From contig CAWBKP010000022.1 in the NCBI GenBank assembly GCA_963789395.1, positions 96,001 to 160,000 of the forward strand: a stretch of 64,000 nt of DNA. The letters run 5' to 3'. The DNA is from an uncultured delta proteobacterium (GTDB lineage Bacteria; Desulfobacterota; Desulfobacteria; Desulfobacterales; Desulfatirhabdiaceae). Shown piece by piece: positions 39,273 to 51,155 of this stretch. The notes under the pieces were generated by a model. That model was not told the origin of the DNA, searched no databases, and worked only from the letters and a program-made list of their open reading frames with translations. Positions within the stretch are counted from its first letter, which is position 1. Each line of letters opens with the position of its first letter. The position numbers and the translations under genes are program-made.

Positions 39273-40379
39273 TTGGCCCCTGAAAATGCGTCGTTGCCCG
39301 TGATGCACAATAAAAAAAAACGACTGAATTCCAGGGGGATAGCCCTTCTGGTAACGGTGGCCATTCTCAGTGTGGCGGTGGCAGTCTCCCTGGAAATGAA
39401 CCGCAGGGGCCGATCTACCGCGACACGGGCGGTTATCGAGCAAAACCGGACCACGCTGTCCGCAATGGCGTCGTCCGGTGTCCAGGTGGCGATGGCCATT
39501 CTGATCCGGGACAAGGCCGACAGCGAAATTGACAGCCTTCAGGAAGCGTGGGCGAATCCCGACATCGTTCAGGCCGTTGTAGCGGAACTGGCTTTTGAAA
39601 CCGGCGAGCTTTCCGTTACCATCCAGGATGAACAGGCAAAAATCCAGGTTAATGCCCTTGTCCAGGGCCCGGCCGGCCGGCAGTATAATGAAGGACAGCG
39701 CCTGCTGTGGGACCGGTTCTTAAGGGCCATGCATGCCCGGCTTTCACCGGATGAACCCTTTGAGCCGGATGCCGTCATCTGTGCGCTGAAAGACTGGATG
39801 GATTCCGAAGATGATGATGCCCTTTCCTGCCTGAACGGCGCGGAATCCGATTACTATTTAGGGCTGACGCCGCCGTATCCCTGCCGTAACGGCCCTGTTC
39901 CCCATATCGGCGAACTGATGCGCATTAAAGGAATTACGGCGGATCTATTTTACGGATTGCCAAATGAAAGGGGCATATCGGACTATATCACGGCGTACCG
40001 CGGGGAAGATGCGCTGTCGCTGCCCGTGGGATCATTTGGCAGGATCAATATCAATACAGCGGAGCTCCCGGTTCTTGCAGCGATTCTGCCTTCCGGAAAA
40101 GAGGATCTGGCCCAGGCCCTGGTGGATTATCGGATTGAGATGTCGGACTCGCACTATATTCATGATCTTTCTTCTCCTTCATGGTATAAGCAGGTTCCAG
40201 ATCTTCAGGGCGTCGTCATAGATCCGCGGCTGATCACCCTATCAAGCGATCTGTTCCGGATTCGCTCATCTGCGCGCATGGATACGCTTTCCGTGACGGC
40301 AACAGCCCTGGTTCACAGGGAGACGGATCCGGCCACCGGCAAGTATACCTGCAGGATTCTGACCTGGCTGGTTGAATAA
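39273..40379 (+). CDS. gspK: Type II secretion minor pseudopilin K
   Basis: RG|IALLVTV prepilin site, DSLQEAW, IQDEQAKI, DWMDSED, GAESDYY, ININTA. Confidence 0.9.
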   Translation: MAPENASLPVMHNKKKRLNSRGIALLVTVAILSVAVAVSLEMNRRGRSTATRAVIEQNRTTLSAMASSGVQVAMAILIRDKADSEIDSLQEAWANPDIVQAVVAELAFETGELSVTIQDEQAKIQVNALVQGPAGRQYNEGQRLLWDRFLRAMHARLSPDEPFEPDAVICALKDWMDSEDDDALSCLNGAESDYYLGLTPPYPCRNGPVPHIGELMRIKGITADLFYGLPNERGISDYITAYRGEDALSLPVGSFGRININTAELPVLAAILPSGKEDLAQALVDYRIEMSDSHYIHDLSSPSWYKQVPDLQGVVIDPRLITLSSDLFRIRSSARMDTLSVTATALVHRETDPATGKYTCRILTWLVE

Positions 40380-40422
40380 CCATAATCAATAGCCCGAGCC
40401 TGTCTCGGGTTTGTGAATATTT

Positions 40423-41926
40423 ATGGCCATAAAAATTCTGGGTGTGGATTTTCGGAAAGATTCGGTCTCCGCGGTTCTGATACGCGGCAGTTATAAAGGG
40501 GTATGGATGGATGCCCATGCCCATGTTTTCCTCGATCAGCCGGAAGATATGGAAAAAGGGCTGGCTTCCTGTCTTGAAATTGTTTCCGGGCAGGCGGATA
40601 TATCGCATGCGGTCTGTGTTGTGTCGCTGCCATCCGACCAGTTCTTTTACCGCAATATCGCATCGCCGTTTACGGATCCGGGAAAAATCGATCAAATGCT
40701 GCCCTATGAACTTGAGCAGAGCTTGCCGGTTCCCGTAGATGATCTGATGATAGATTTTGTTCCGGTCGGCCACGAGATGACTGAGAAAAAAAATCATTCA
40801 CAGGCTATGGCAACTGATTGGCATCACATCCAGGGCGCTTTCCACCCGGATACTGGCCGCTGCGATCGAAAAGTCGCGCCTGGCCGAATATCTGTCTTGG
40901 CTGAAGCAGTCCGGTGTTGAACCGGAACGCATCGTGCCCGGAGGCTACGCCCTTTCCCTTTGCCTGATGCATGCGGACAGACAGCCCTTCGAACTGGCTG
41001 CTGGTGGATGCCGATCATACCCATACCGCGTTGTTTCTTGTCCTTTCCCGGACCTTGACGGTCATTCGCGCATTTCCCGTGGCCGGCGTATCTCCTTCGG
41101 CGGAGTTCCTTTTTCCCCTGATTCAGCAGACCCTTCTGAGTTCTGGAAAGGATGATCCGGATTGACAAGATATTTCTTGGCGGCGCGCTTTCAGATGCTT
41201 CCGCGAATGCATCGGAGATAGCTTCCCTGCTTTCCGAAAAATGCGCGATTCCGGTTCATCCGGTGAACCTGAGTGCCGATGCCGGGGTCCGTCTGAAATC
41301 CGATCTTCCTTCAAGCTGGCTTCCGGAAACTGGCGATTCTGCCCTGGGAGTTGCGCTTGCGAGAATGAACGGCTATGCCGGTCTGAACCTGCGAAAAGGG
41401 GGATTTGCCCTGAGAACTTCCTGGGCGGCCTGCCGGCAGGGCCTTCTGAGGACCGCCGTTATGGCAGGGGTTGCGATTCTGGCGGCTTTCGCGTATGTTC
41501 AAATCGATTTGCGAATTCTGGAAAAGAGATTGGACTTTCTGGACCGCCGGATCAATCAGGTGGTTACGGGCACTTTTCCGGAGATAACGACTATTGTTGA
41601 GCCGCTGCACCAGATGCGGACCCATGTTCAGAATGCGCAAGGCCCGGATTCCGGGTTCAGATAGAAAGACAGATCGGCGGCTCGTCGATCTGCTTGGCAT
41701 CATCAGCAGCCGCATACCGGAAAATGTTCCGGTTGAGCTGGTTCGGTTTGTCTATGAAGACGGTACCATCCAGCTCACCGGCCATACCGATTCCTTCAAT
41801 TCCGTTGAAGAAATCAAACGGCGACTGGAAAGCCCGAACGGCGGGTTTTCTCATGTCACGATCGTGTCGGCTAATCTGGACAATACGGGAAACCGTATTC
41901 AGTTTCACCTGAATATCGCGATATGA
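40423..41926 (+). CDS. gspL: Type II secretion protein L (several frameshifts)
   Basis: KILGVD, LPYELEQSLP, LNLRKGGFA, FPEITTIVEPLHQM, LTGHTDSFNSVEEIK spread over at least four ORF pieces. Confidence 0.75.
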
Positions 41927-42458
41927 GACTGCCAGTTCAATTAAGTAACCGGGAAAAAATTGCTGTCTGGTCAGTGACTGCTGTTGGTCGGTGTTTTAAT
42001 CGGGTTGGAGTGGGGCGTATTCCCGGTTCTCCAGCACAGGAAATCGCTGGATCAGGCCATACGTGCCAGGTCGATGGAGCTTGAGGAGATTCAGGGGCTG
42101 GAGAAAATCCATGCATTGCTGAAACAAAACGCAGAAGGGAGTCCGAACTCGCCTGGCATCCCGGGAAAAAGGCTTTACGCTGTTTTCGTACCTGGACCGT
42201 TCCGCGGCAAGTGCAGGGGTCAAGGAACACATCGCATACATGAAGCCTTCCGGGAGCGATATCCAGAGCAGCGATTTCAAGGTTTTTCAGGTGGAGATGA
42301 AACTTCAGGCCATTTCCCTGCATCAGCTCTCCGCCTTTCTCTATGGCGTTGAAACAGCAGACAGCCTGATACGGGTAAAAAAGGCTTCAATCGCCAAAAC
42401 TGGCCAGTCTGCTGAAGGGATCGATGCGGTCCTCTGGGTGGAAACCATTGCGCCATAG
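41923..42458 (+). CDS. gspM: Type II secretion protein M (frameshifted)
   Basis: LSNREK start, a transmembrane helix, then YMKPS and VEMKLQAISLHQL; lies after gspL. Confidence 0.7.
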
Positions 42459-42470
42459 GATATCGAAAAA

Positions 42471-43105
42471 TTGCGGCTTATGCCGCGCTTCTTTCTGGTG
42501 ATGACCGGAATATGGGGCGTTTTGCTCTTCCCGTCCGATGAACTCATTCAGTATGCTACGGTGTGGTCTCAGCCAGATGTCGCCAGATGCAGCGCTGTCG
42601 ATCGGCCGCCTGGGACTGACGCTGCCGCCGGGTCTGGTAATGGACAACATTGCCGTGTCGTTACAGAACAAGTCCTCAGTTCAGGCAGACCAGATCCGTA
42701 TGCTGCCAAAACTGGTTTCCCTGCTTCAGGACAGAAACCGGCATCCCCTGTCTGCCCGCCTGGTGCTTGCCGAAGTCCGCATGGAGCTTCCGCTTCCGGT
42801 GATCAGCAGCTTTCAGTTTCAAGCAGATTCAGGCTGATATCGGCTGGCAGGGTGAAAAACTGGAGATCACCTCCCTGGCAGCAGCGGGCGTTCAGATGGA
42901 CGGGACCCTGAGCGGGCAAATTCAGGTAAAAACGCCGTTTGAAAACAGCCGCCTGCAGATGACCGGCGTTGTTCGCCTGAAACCGGAGTTTTTGACACGT
43001 TTGAAAGGCAGTTTTCTGGGGGCGGGTATCCCCGATCAGAAAACGGATGGCACCGGAATTCCCTTTCAGATAACCGGAACAGTCAAAGCCCACTGTTTTC
43101 TTTGA
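42471..43105 (+). CDS. gspN: Type II secretion protein N-like fragments
   Basis: LLFPSDE, LTLPPGL, DGTLSGQI, IPFQITGT fragments and gene position; appears short and multiply shifted. Confidence 0.5.
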
Positions 43106-43222
43106 AATAAGCGTTCCGGCAAGTGAAAGCATCGGAGAAATGGCGCATGGCAATGCGTTAATTATGGGCTTGTTGCATTTTAATGGTCTCATAAATAGGT
43201 GCGTCAGAATAATTTCTTTTTG

Positions 43223-44106
43223 ATGATATATTTGATAAACACGACCGACTGGATCAACCGGACTCTTGTGCTGCTGCAGGCCATGCTGATGGCGGGCGCG
43301 GTATTTTTCGGCGTGAAAGCCGGATATCGGCTGCTCCTTGGAGAGTTTGCTCCCTGCGGTATATGTTCGCCCATCTGAAAGAGAGCTCCGGAAAATCGCT
43401 GCCAACCGCCATTCATCCTTTTTCAGAATATGGGGTCATTTCCCGCCGGAATCTTTTTGAACCCTGGAACCCTCGGACCGGCAGCGCATTTCATCCGATA
43501 TCGAAAGACTGCGGCAAACCCGGTTGAAACTAAAGCTTCTGGGTACCATTTCCGGGCCGGAAGACATTGCCTGTGCGGTCATTGAGGATGCTTCCGGGGA
43601 AAGGCCAGTTTCTGGTTAGAGTCGGCGATGCGATTCAGGATGCAGTCGTGGTAATGATCCTGAAAGGAAAAATCGTGCTTCAGGTCGGCGGCCGCGAAGA
43701 ACTTCTGGAGATGGACCAGTGGACCAGCGGGCTGTCTCCTTCGTCGCCTTCAGGCTCCCAGACGTCCGCCCAGGTAGATGACCGGCAGCAGGTGATCAGC
43801 ATCAAACGGTCTCAGATTGATGATGCCATCAAGGACATTAATAGTCTGATGAAACAGGTGCGGATCATTCCGAATTTCAATCAGGGAAAGCCCGACGGGC
43901 TGATGATCAGCGGTATTCCTCAGGATTCGTTTTTCAGCCAGATCGGCTTAAGAAGTGGGGACATCCTCTCCGGTGTGGATGGAAAAGCCATAGAATCCGT
44001 GGATGACGCCCTGAAGCTTTATACCGGCATGAAATCCGCTTCCCGTCTCAAGGTGCAGCTGAAGCGGGGCGGCAAGGAGGAAGTCATTGATTATGCCATT
44101 GAATGA
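43223..44106 (+). CDS. gspC: Type II secretion protein C with PDZ domain (frameshifted)
   Basis: N-terminal TM helix, YGVISRRNLF, LKLLGT...AVIED, VRIIP...GLRSGDIL (PDZ). Confidence 0.8.
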
Positions 44107-44278
44107 TGTCTCAGGATTGACGATTCATGACAGGTTAAGAATCAAAGCCGGAAAGCTGGAGATTCCCTGTCGGCGCTATGCTGACCTGTTGGCCGCAGAG
44201 TACTTTATTAATAACAGGAAATTGATCAGGTGATAAAATATTCGGGGTTTACGTATTCCGGCCGGTAACTGCTGGGTA

Positions 44279-46233
44279 GTGATCTTTTTGATGCTGTTGC
44301 TGTTTTCTGAAATGCCGGCTGCTGCAAAGGAAAAAAGATGCTTCCCGCCCCAGAAGCCATCTGAAAGCGCCGTGGTTTCGAATGGGCTGATATCCATTGA
44401 TTTCAACAACGTGGATATCGCCGTACTGATCAAGTTCATCAGCGATCTGACCGGAAAAAACATGGTGGTGGATCAGCGCGTCACGGGCAAGGTCACGATC
44501 ATCTCTCCGGATAAAATCACCGTGGCCGAAGCCTATAAGGTGTTTGAATCGGTTCTGGAAGTGTATGGATATACGGCTATCGAATCCGGGGGTATCGTCA
44601 AAATCGTGCCCCTTTCCGAAGCCCGGTCCCGAAGCATCGAAACCCTGATTCGGGAGTCATCCGGGTCTTCGGACGATCGGGTCGTCACCCAGGTGATTCC
44701 CCTGAAATATGCCAATGCCGTATTGATTTCCCGTCTCTTTGTCCCGCTCATTTCCAAGAGCAGCGTACTGATGGCCTATCCGCCCACAAACACGCTGATT
44801 GTCACGGATATGCATTCCAATATTCAGCGGCTGCTACGTATGATCAAGGCCATTGATGTGTCCAGTTCCGGGCAGGAAATCTCGGTATTTGTGCTGCGTT
44901 ATGCCGCGGCATCCCAGGTGGTCAAGCTCCTGGATTCCATTTTTCAGACCGCTGCCAGGGCCGGTAAAGAGGATTCCGATGCCGGGATCCGGGTATTTGC
45001 CGATGACAGGACCAATGCTCTGGTGGTCATGGCCGGTGATGAGCATACCCAGAAAATCAGGAGCCTGATTCAGGAACTGGACAAGGAAACACCCAAGGGA
45101 AACGAAAAAATGCGGGTCTATTATCTGGAGAATGCCAAGGCCGAGGACTTGGTCAAGGTGCTTCAGGACATGCCCAGAAAATCCGACGGTGCACCTGAAA
45201 AAGACAAGGCGGATAAACCGTCCATTCTGTCCGAAAAAGTGAAGATTACGGCGGACAAGGCCACCAACAGTCTGGTCATCATGGCTGAAAAGAGCGAATA
45301 TGCAGCGCTGGAAGAAATCATCCGGCTGCTCGATATCCCCAGAGCCATGGTCTATATTGAATGCCTGATCATGGAAGTGAATGTGAACAAGGATTTTAAT
45401 ATCGGGACCGAATGGGTAGCCATGGGGACAACCAGTATCGACGGAAGAGCCGCTGCTTTCGGCGGCGGATTCAGCGGGGCCGGAGCCTATCCCAATGTCA
45501 AGGGGATGATCTCCCCGATAACGGCGGCGTCGGAACCTTGCCGGCCGGGTTTTCAATGGGAATACTGAGCGAAACCCTGAATATCGGCGGCATTCAGTTT
45601 CCGGGCCTTGCCGCTGTCGTACATGCCTATAAAAAAGACAAGGATGTCAACATCCTGTCAACGCCCCAGATTCTGACCACGGATAATGAAGAGGCCGCGA
45701 TTATGGTCGGAAAAAACGTTCCCTATCAGACCAAATCCGGCTCCACCGGAACCTTTGAATCCTTCAACACTTATGAATACCGGGATGTCGGCATCACACT
45801 GAAAATCACCCCTCAGATCAGCAGAGACCGGCTGGTCCGCCTGAATATCGCTCAGGAAGTGACCAAACTGGATGAGACAGGTCAATTCTGTCAGGTCGAA
45901 TATCAACGATCGGCCGACCACACTGAAGCGAACCATTACCACAACCGTTCTGGTTCTGGACAACAATACGGTGGTGATCGGCGGGTTGATCGATGACAGC
46001 CTGTCCGTGACCGAATACAAGGTGCCCTGTATCGGGGATGTGCCAGTTATTGGGATGGCTTTTTAAATCCCGGGCGAAAAACCGGGAAAAAACCAATCTA
46101 TATCGTGTTTATGACGCCCCATGTGATCAACCATCCGCATGAAAGCGAAGCCATTTACCATTCCAAACAGGAGCAGATGGACCAGATCCGGAAAAAGGCC
46201 GAGAGCGACAGTCCCGAGTCCGTCAAGGATTGA
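44279..46233 (+). CDS. gspD: Type II secretion secretin D (frameshifted)
   Basis: IDFNNVDI, VTGKVTIISP, ADDRTNAL, NILSTPQILTTDN, YRDVGITLKITPQI, KVPCIGDVP. Confidence 0.9.
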
Positions 46234-46235
46234 AA

Positions 46236-47989
46236 ATGCCCATGAACCAATCCCTTAAGCGAATAATGCATTCATCGCTGTGGCATCACCGAGGCTGCCT
46301 GGCAGGAAGCCGAAAGACTTGCCGACACCCGGGGCATCGGCGTCTGCGAAATTCTCGTTCAGAAAAAACTGGTTTCCGAACTCCAGTTTCTGGAATGCGC
46401 CGGCGAGTGTTATGATATTCCGGTATGGGCGGATCTTCCCATTTCCCAGGATACGATCTTTGGCGGCGAAGCCCTTTCCCGAAGGATTCCCATCCAGTTT
46501 CTGAAAAACCATGTTCTGGTGCCGCTGAAGTTCAGGCGCGGAAGCGGCGCAGAAGACCTGGATGCAGAGGGCTCCGATCATCAGGTAGTGATCGCGGTCC
46601 ATGATCCATCCGCTTTTCAGCCGGTTGACGATTTGATCAAGATTCTGGAAATCCGCGAATTCAAACTGGTTCTGTCCCCGCGGGACGTGATTCTGTCGGC
46701 CATTACCCTCAGTTACGACCGGAACCTGGATTCCGATGAAGATCTGGTTCAGACCCTGGAAGACGATTCCCGGTGCGCAGATCCAGGATCTGGAAGTGAC
46801 TGCGGATCTTCTGGATGACACCAGCGAGGCGCCCATTATCCGGCTGGTGAACCAGATCATTACCCGGTCCATTCGCGCCCGGGCCAGCGATATCCATATC
46901 GAGCCATACCAGGACAGCCTGAAAATCAGGTACCGGGTGGACGGCATTCTCTACGACCTGCTCACGCCGCCAAAGTGGATGCAGCCCGCGCTCATCTCCC
47001 GCATCAAGGTGATGTCCAGGCTCGATATTGCGGAAAAGCGCCTTCCCCAGGACGGCCGCCTGAACATTCGAATCGGCAACCAGGAAATCGATATCCGGGT
47101 GTCAACCATTCCCACGGCCTTCGGGGAGCGGGTGGTGCTGCGGCTCCTGAACAAGTCCGGATCCCTGCTGACATTGACCGAGCTGGGCATTTCGCCGCCG
47201 CAGCGGGAGCTTCTGGAAAAAGTGACGGCCTTTCCCAACGGCATTTTTCTGATTACCGGGCCAACGGGAAGCGGAAAAACAACGACTCTTTACGCCATCC
47301 TGTCAGCGATCAACAAGCCGGCCATCAATATCATCACCATTGAAGATCCGGTGGAGTACCAGCTGAAGGGCATCAGCCAGATTCAGGTCAATCCCAAAAT
47401 CGATCTGACGTTTGCAAGGGGGCTGCGCTCCATTGTCCGTCAGGATCCGGACGTGATTCTGGTGGGCGAGATCCGGGACAAGGAAACCGCGGATATCGCG
47501 GTTCAATCCGCTCTGACCGGGCATCTGGTGTTTTCAACCCTGCACACCAACGATGCGGCCAGCGCCATTACCCGGCTGGTGGATATCGGTGTGGAGCCTT
47601 TTCTGATTTCCTCATCGGTGATTGCCGTGGCGGCCCAGCGGCTGATCCGGGTTCTGTGCGAGCACTGCAAGGCGCCTTATATTCCCACGGAAACGGTTTT
47701 AAACAGCATGGGGCTGACGCTGGACCAGCTTCAGGGGCCTGTTTACCAGGCAAAAGGGTGTCCTGCCTGTTTTCATACCGGATACCGGGGAAGGACCAGC
47801 ATTTTCGAGATGATGGTGATGGACAGCGGGCTGAAAAATCTGATCCTTAAAACCTATGATTCCAGCCGCATCAAGCAGGAAGCCCTCAGAAAACACATGG
47901 TGACCCTGGGTGAAGACGGTGTTGAAAAAGTGCTCGGCGGCATCACAACCTTTGAGGAAGTGCTTCGCGTCACCCAGAGCATTGCCTGA
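46236..47989 (+). CDS. gspE: Type II secretion ATPase E (5' part frameshifted)
   Basis: [44 protein letters not shown], tetracysteine motif. Confidence 0.93.
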
Positions 47990-48119
47990 AACATGCATCT
48001 TATGAAGACGAGTTAATTTACTGTGTCTGTTATGCCTGGTTGTCTTCTGCCTGGTTCTTGACCGCTCGGCCGGCTGATCTTGCCACAGGATCCGGAGCTG
48101 GCGAAGATGTGACTACTCC

Positions 48120-48389
48120 GTGAGGAGTCTTTGTTCTGTTTCTCCCATTGCGTTTTACCAGAAATTCATTTCTCCCGCGGACGGGAACCGCTGCCAGATG
48201 AGTCCCTCGTGCTCGGCCTACAGCAAGGAAGCGTTTCAGACCCACGGCTTTTTCCTGGGCTGGATCATGACCTGCGACCGCCTGATGCGCTGCGGCCGGG
48301 ATGAAACCCATTTGTCTCCCGGAATACTGACTCCTGAAGGCCGCCTGACTTTAGATCCCCTTTCCGCCAACGATTCCTGGATGAAATAA
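48120..48389 (+). CDS. yidD: Membrane protein insertion efficiency factor YidD-like (true start probably near 48002)
   Basis: FYQKFISP...CQMSPSCSAY...HG...DRLMRC. Confidence 0.8.
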   Translation: MRSLCSVSPIAFYQKFISPADGNRCQMSPSCSAYSKEAFQTHGFFLGWIMTCDRLMRCGRDETHLSPGILTPEGRLTLDPLSANDSWMK

Positions 48390-48483
48390 TCAGACGGAAA
48401 CAGCCGATCGCAAAAAACGAAGCGGCAAATACATCATCGATTTCCGGATCGCATGCCCAGCGCCACTTTTCACTGATGGGATC

Positions 48484-48999
48484 TTATTCTTGTGCTTTGT
48501 TCGAATCGTTACCGTTCTTTCCATGTATTTCCCGGCAGCTTAAAAAATTGAGGGCCTTCATGGTCATGACGACATCGCGATGCTGATTCAGCACCTGGAT
48601 TTCGGAACGGATGATCCCCCGATCCGGCTTGGAACGGGAGCGGTTGGCTTCGATGACTGTCACGCGGATCGACAGCACATCGCCCGGGTATACGGGTTTC
48701 AGCCAGCGCAATTCATCCACCCCCGGGGAGCCAAGACTCGCCACGTGGGACAGGTAATGATCGACAAAAAGGCGCATCATCAAGGCCGACGTATGCCAGC
48801 CGCTGGCGATCATTCCGCCATAGATCGAACGCTTTCCGGCTTCCGGATCCGTGTGAAAGGGCTGGGGGTCAAACCGCTTTGCAAAGGTGATCACCTCATC
48901 GGCTTCCACGGTTATGGCGCCGAATTCGTGACTTTCTCCGGGGATGTAGTCCTCGAAATACCGCTGTTCAACAGGCGGGGTGAAGCTGTTGGGGGTCAT
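48484..48999 (-). CDS. MaoC-family dehydratase
   Basis: YFED, FDPQPFHTD, IASGWHT, LRWLKPVYPGD. Confidence 0.9.
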   Translation of the reverse strand: MTPNSFTPPVEQRYFEDYIPGESHEFGAITVEADEVITFAKRFDPQPFHTDPEAGKRSIYGGMIASGWHTSALMMRLFVDHYLSHVASLGSPGVDELRWLKPVYPGDVLSIRVTVIEANRSRSKPDRGIIRSEIQVLNQHRDVVMTMKALNFLSCREIHGKNGNDSNKAQE

Positions 49000-49865
49000 G
49001 GCTGTTTCCTGTTCTGATTTTCATCCGGGTCGATGATGCGGTTTTTCCAGGCCGGATTCAGTGACAGCATGGCACGGGCCTCATCCGGGGAGGCGATCTC
49101 CCTGCCGATTTCCCGGGCGATGGCCGTCACTTTTTCCACCAGCCGGACATTTGAGGCCGGCTGGCCGTCCGGCATGAAGAGATTGTCTTCAAGCCCTACC
49201 CGAACATGTCCGCCCATGGCAATGGCCATGGCTGCAAGGGGAATTTCCGCTTTTCCGATTCCGGTTGCCGTCCAGGTGGATCCGGGTGGAATGCTGTCGA
49301 CCAGAAACACGAGATTACGGGCGGATCCGGACATGGAGCCGGGCGCGCCCAGCACGAAATTAAAATGCAGGGGCGGCGTCAAAAGTCCTTTTTTCTGCAG
49401 GAACAAGGCATTGCTGATCATGCCTGCCTCAAACACCTCGATTTCCGGCTTTACTCGGGTCTGGTGATAAACGGTTGCCAGAAATTCAATGAACTGGGGA
49501 GAATTTTCATATATCATGCCCGGCAGGTTATTGGATCCGGTGGTGAAAGATCCCATTTCCGGCAGCAGTTTGACCGGATTGGTGCGGTCTTCCCATTTTT
49601 TGCCGGCCCGTCCTCCCGTGGACAGTTGAACGATAACATCCGGTGCAACCGCCTTGATGTGCTGAACAATATCCATGAAAACAGCAGGGCTTAACGTGGG
49701 TTTTTCCAAATTGTCCCTTGCATGAACATGAAACAGGCTGGCGCCGGCATCGGCGCAGCGGCTGACATCCCTTGCAATTTCTTCGGGGGTCACCGGCAGA
49801 TTCGCATTCATTTCACGGGTCGGCACATTTCCGGTAAGCGCTACGGTAACAATCAGTTTCTCCAC
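48996..49865 (-). CDS. kce: Beta-keto acid cleavage enzyme (Kce/BKACE family)
   Basis: IVTVALTG, HVHAR, QLSTGG, GGHVRVGLEDN; GTG start with AGGAGG RBS. Confidence 0.88.
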   Translation of the reverse strand: MEKLIVTVALTGNVPTREMNANLPVTPEEIARDVSRCADAGASLFHVHARDNLEKPTLSPAVFMDIVQHIKAVAPDVIVQLSTGGRAGKKWEDRTNPVKLLPEMGSFTTGSNNLPGMIYENSPQFIEFLATVYHQTRVKPEIEVFEAGMISNALFLQKKGLLTPPLHFNFVLGAPGSMSGSARNLVFLVDSIPPGSTWTATGIGKAEIPLAAMAIAMGGHVRVGLEDNLFMPDGQPASNVRLVEKVTAIAREIGREIASPDEARAMLSLNPAWKNRIIDPDENQNRKQP

Positions 49866-49988
49866 GTCCTTCCTCCTGAATAAAAATAAATCCTGCCTTG
49901 TAGAATCATGGCGACACATCATCAAAAATGCCAAAAATTCAAAATAAGTATGGTATCCTTAACATATTATTGATAATAAGGCAATTTA

Positions 49989-50112
49989 GACGGCATTGTA
50001 AAAAGTCCGGATGCTGCGTTGCGCTGCATCCTTCGTCATTGCGACGTACGATAAGCTCGCCTCATTCCTCAGGATTTGCGCGCCTTGCCTGCGAACTTTT
50101 TACCAAACCGTC
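49989..50112. mobile_element. 124-bp MITE-like element
   Basis: Imperfect 18-bp terminal inverted repeats GACGGCATTGTAAAAAGT / ACTTTTTACCAAACCGTC; internal palindrome GGATGC...GCATCC; no transposase ORF. Confidence 0.7.
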
Positions 50113-50211
50113 CGAATTTTGACTGGTTGCAAATTCATCAATATTGAGTGGTTGCCAACCCGTTTTATTTCAAACGAACCGATAAACATCGTCTTCCGAA
50201 GGTATGTCGTG

Positions 50212-51142
50212 ATGACCCAAAACCATTGCCGCGTTTTATCTTCAGGACTGGTTCCCCTTATCTTCCTCCTGTTCATGGGAGTATGCCCATGCGGGAAATC
50301 AGGTGGTCCTGGATGCGGACCAGCAGTACCAGTATGCGGAAAGCTGTTTTAGCCGCGGGGACTATGAAGCCGCAACCGCTGAATTCAAACGGTTTGTGCA
50401 TTTTTTCCCGGAGGATGTGCGGGTGGAAAAAGCCTTGTTTGCCATCGCAATGTCCGATTACCACAGGGAACGTTTTCAGGAAGCCATCGCGGGCTTCACC
50501 GAATCCGAAGGCCGTTTCCCGAATACGCCATTGTCCATCCGGGCCGCCTTCATGATTTCCGAGTGCTACCTGCGGCTGAAGGACATGGGAAATGCGATTA
50601 TCACCCTTCACAACCTGCTGGCGCAAACCGATGATACCGATGTCCGGGATGAAGCCTACGATAGAATGGCCTGGATGTATATCGAACGCGGTGAATTTGA
50701 AACGGCAAGATCGGTTTTTCAGAAAATCAGCCTCAAAAACCAATCCCGGTATGCCGTGGATATGCTTTCAAGCGAGCTGGAAAAAGACGTGTTGATTCCC
50801 CGGAAAGATCCCCAGGTGGCGGGGGTTTTATCCATTCTGCCCGGAGGCGGGTATTTTTACTGCGAGCGCTATCAGGACGCTTTGGTGGCGTTTCTGCTGA
50901 ATGGCGCCCTGATCCTGGCCTCCTGGGAGGCTTTTGATCAGGGGAATCCGGCGCTGGGCGGTGTCATCGCTGCGGTTGAATTCGGATTTTATGCGGGAAA
51001 TATTTACGGCGGCATTGCCAGCGCCCATAAATACAATGACCAAAAAACGCGCAGCTTTATCGAATCGTTGAAAGAAAATGCCCGAATCGGCGTTTCAGGC
51101 GCAAAAGGCGGCCTTGGGCTTTCCGTTCAGATTCCTTTCTGA
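50212..51142 (+). CDS. Exported TPR protein with C-terminal membrane segments (frameshift near 50290)
   Basis: Repeated TPR helices (YEAATAEFKRFVHFFP, FQEAIAGF...FP); AGVLSILPGGGYFY. Confidence 0.75.
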
Positions 51143-51155
51143 AAAAAAAGGGACA

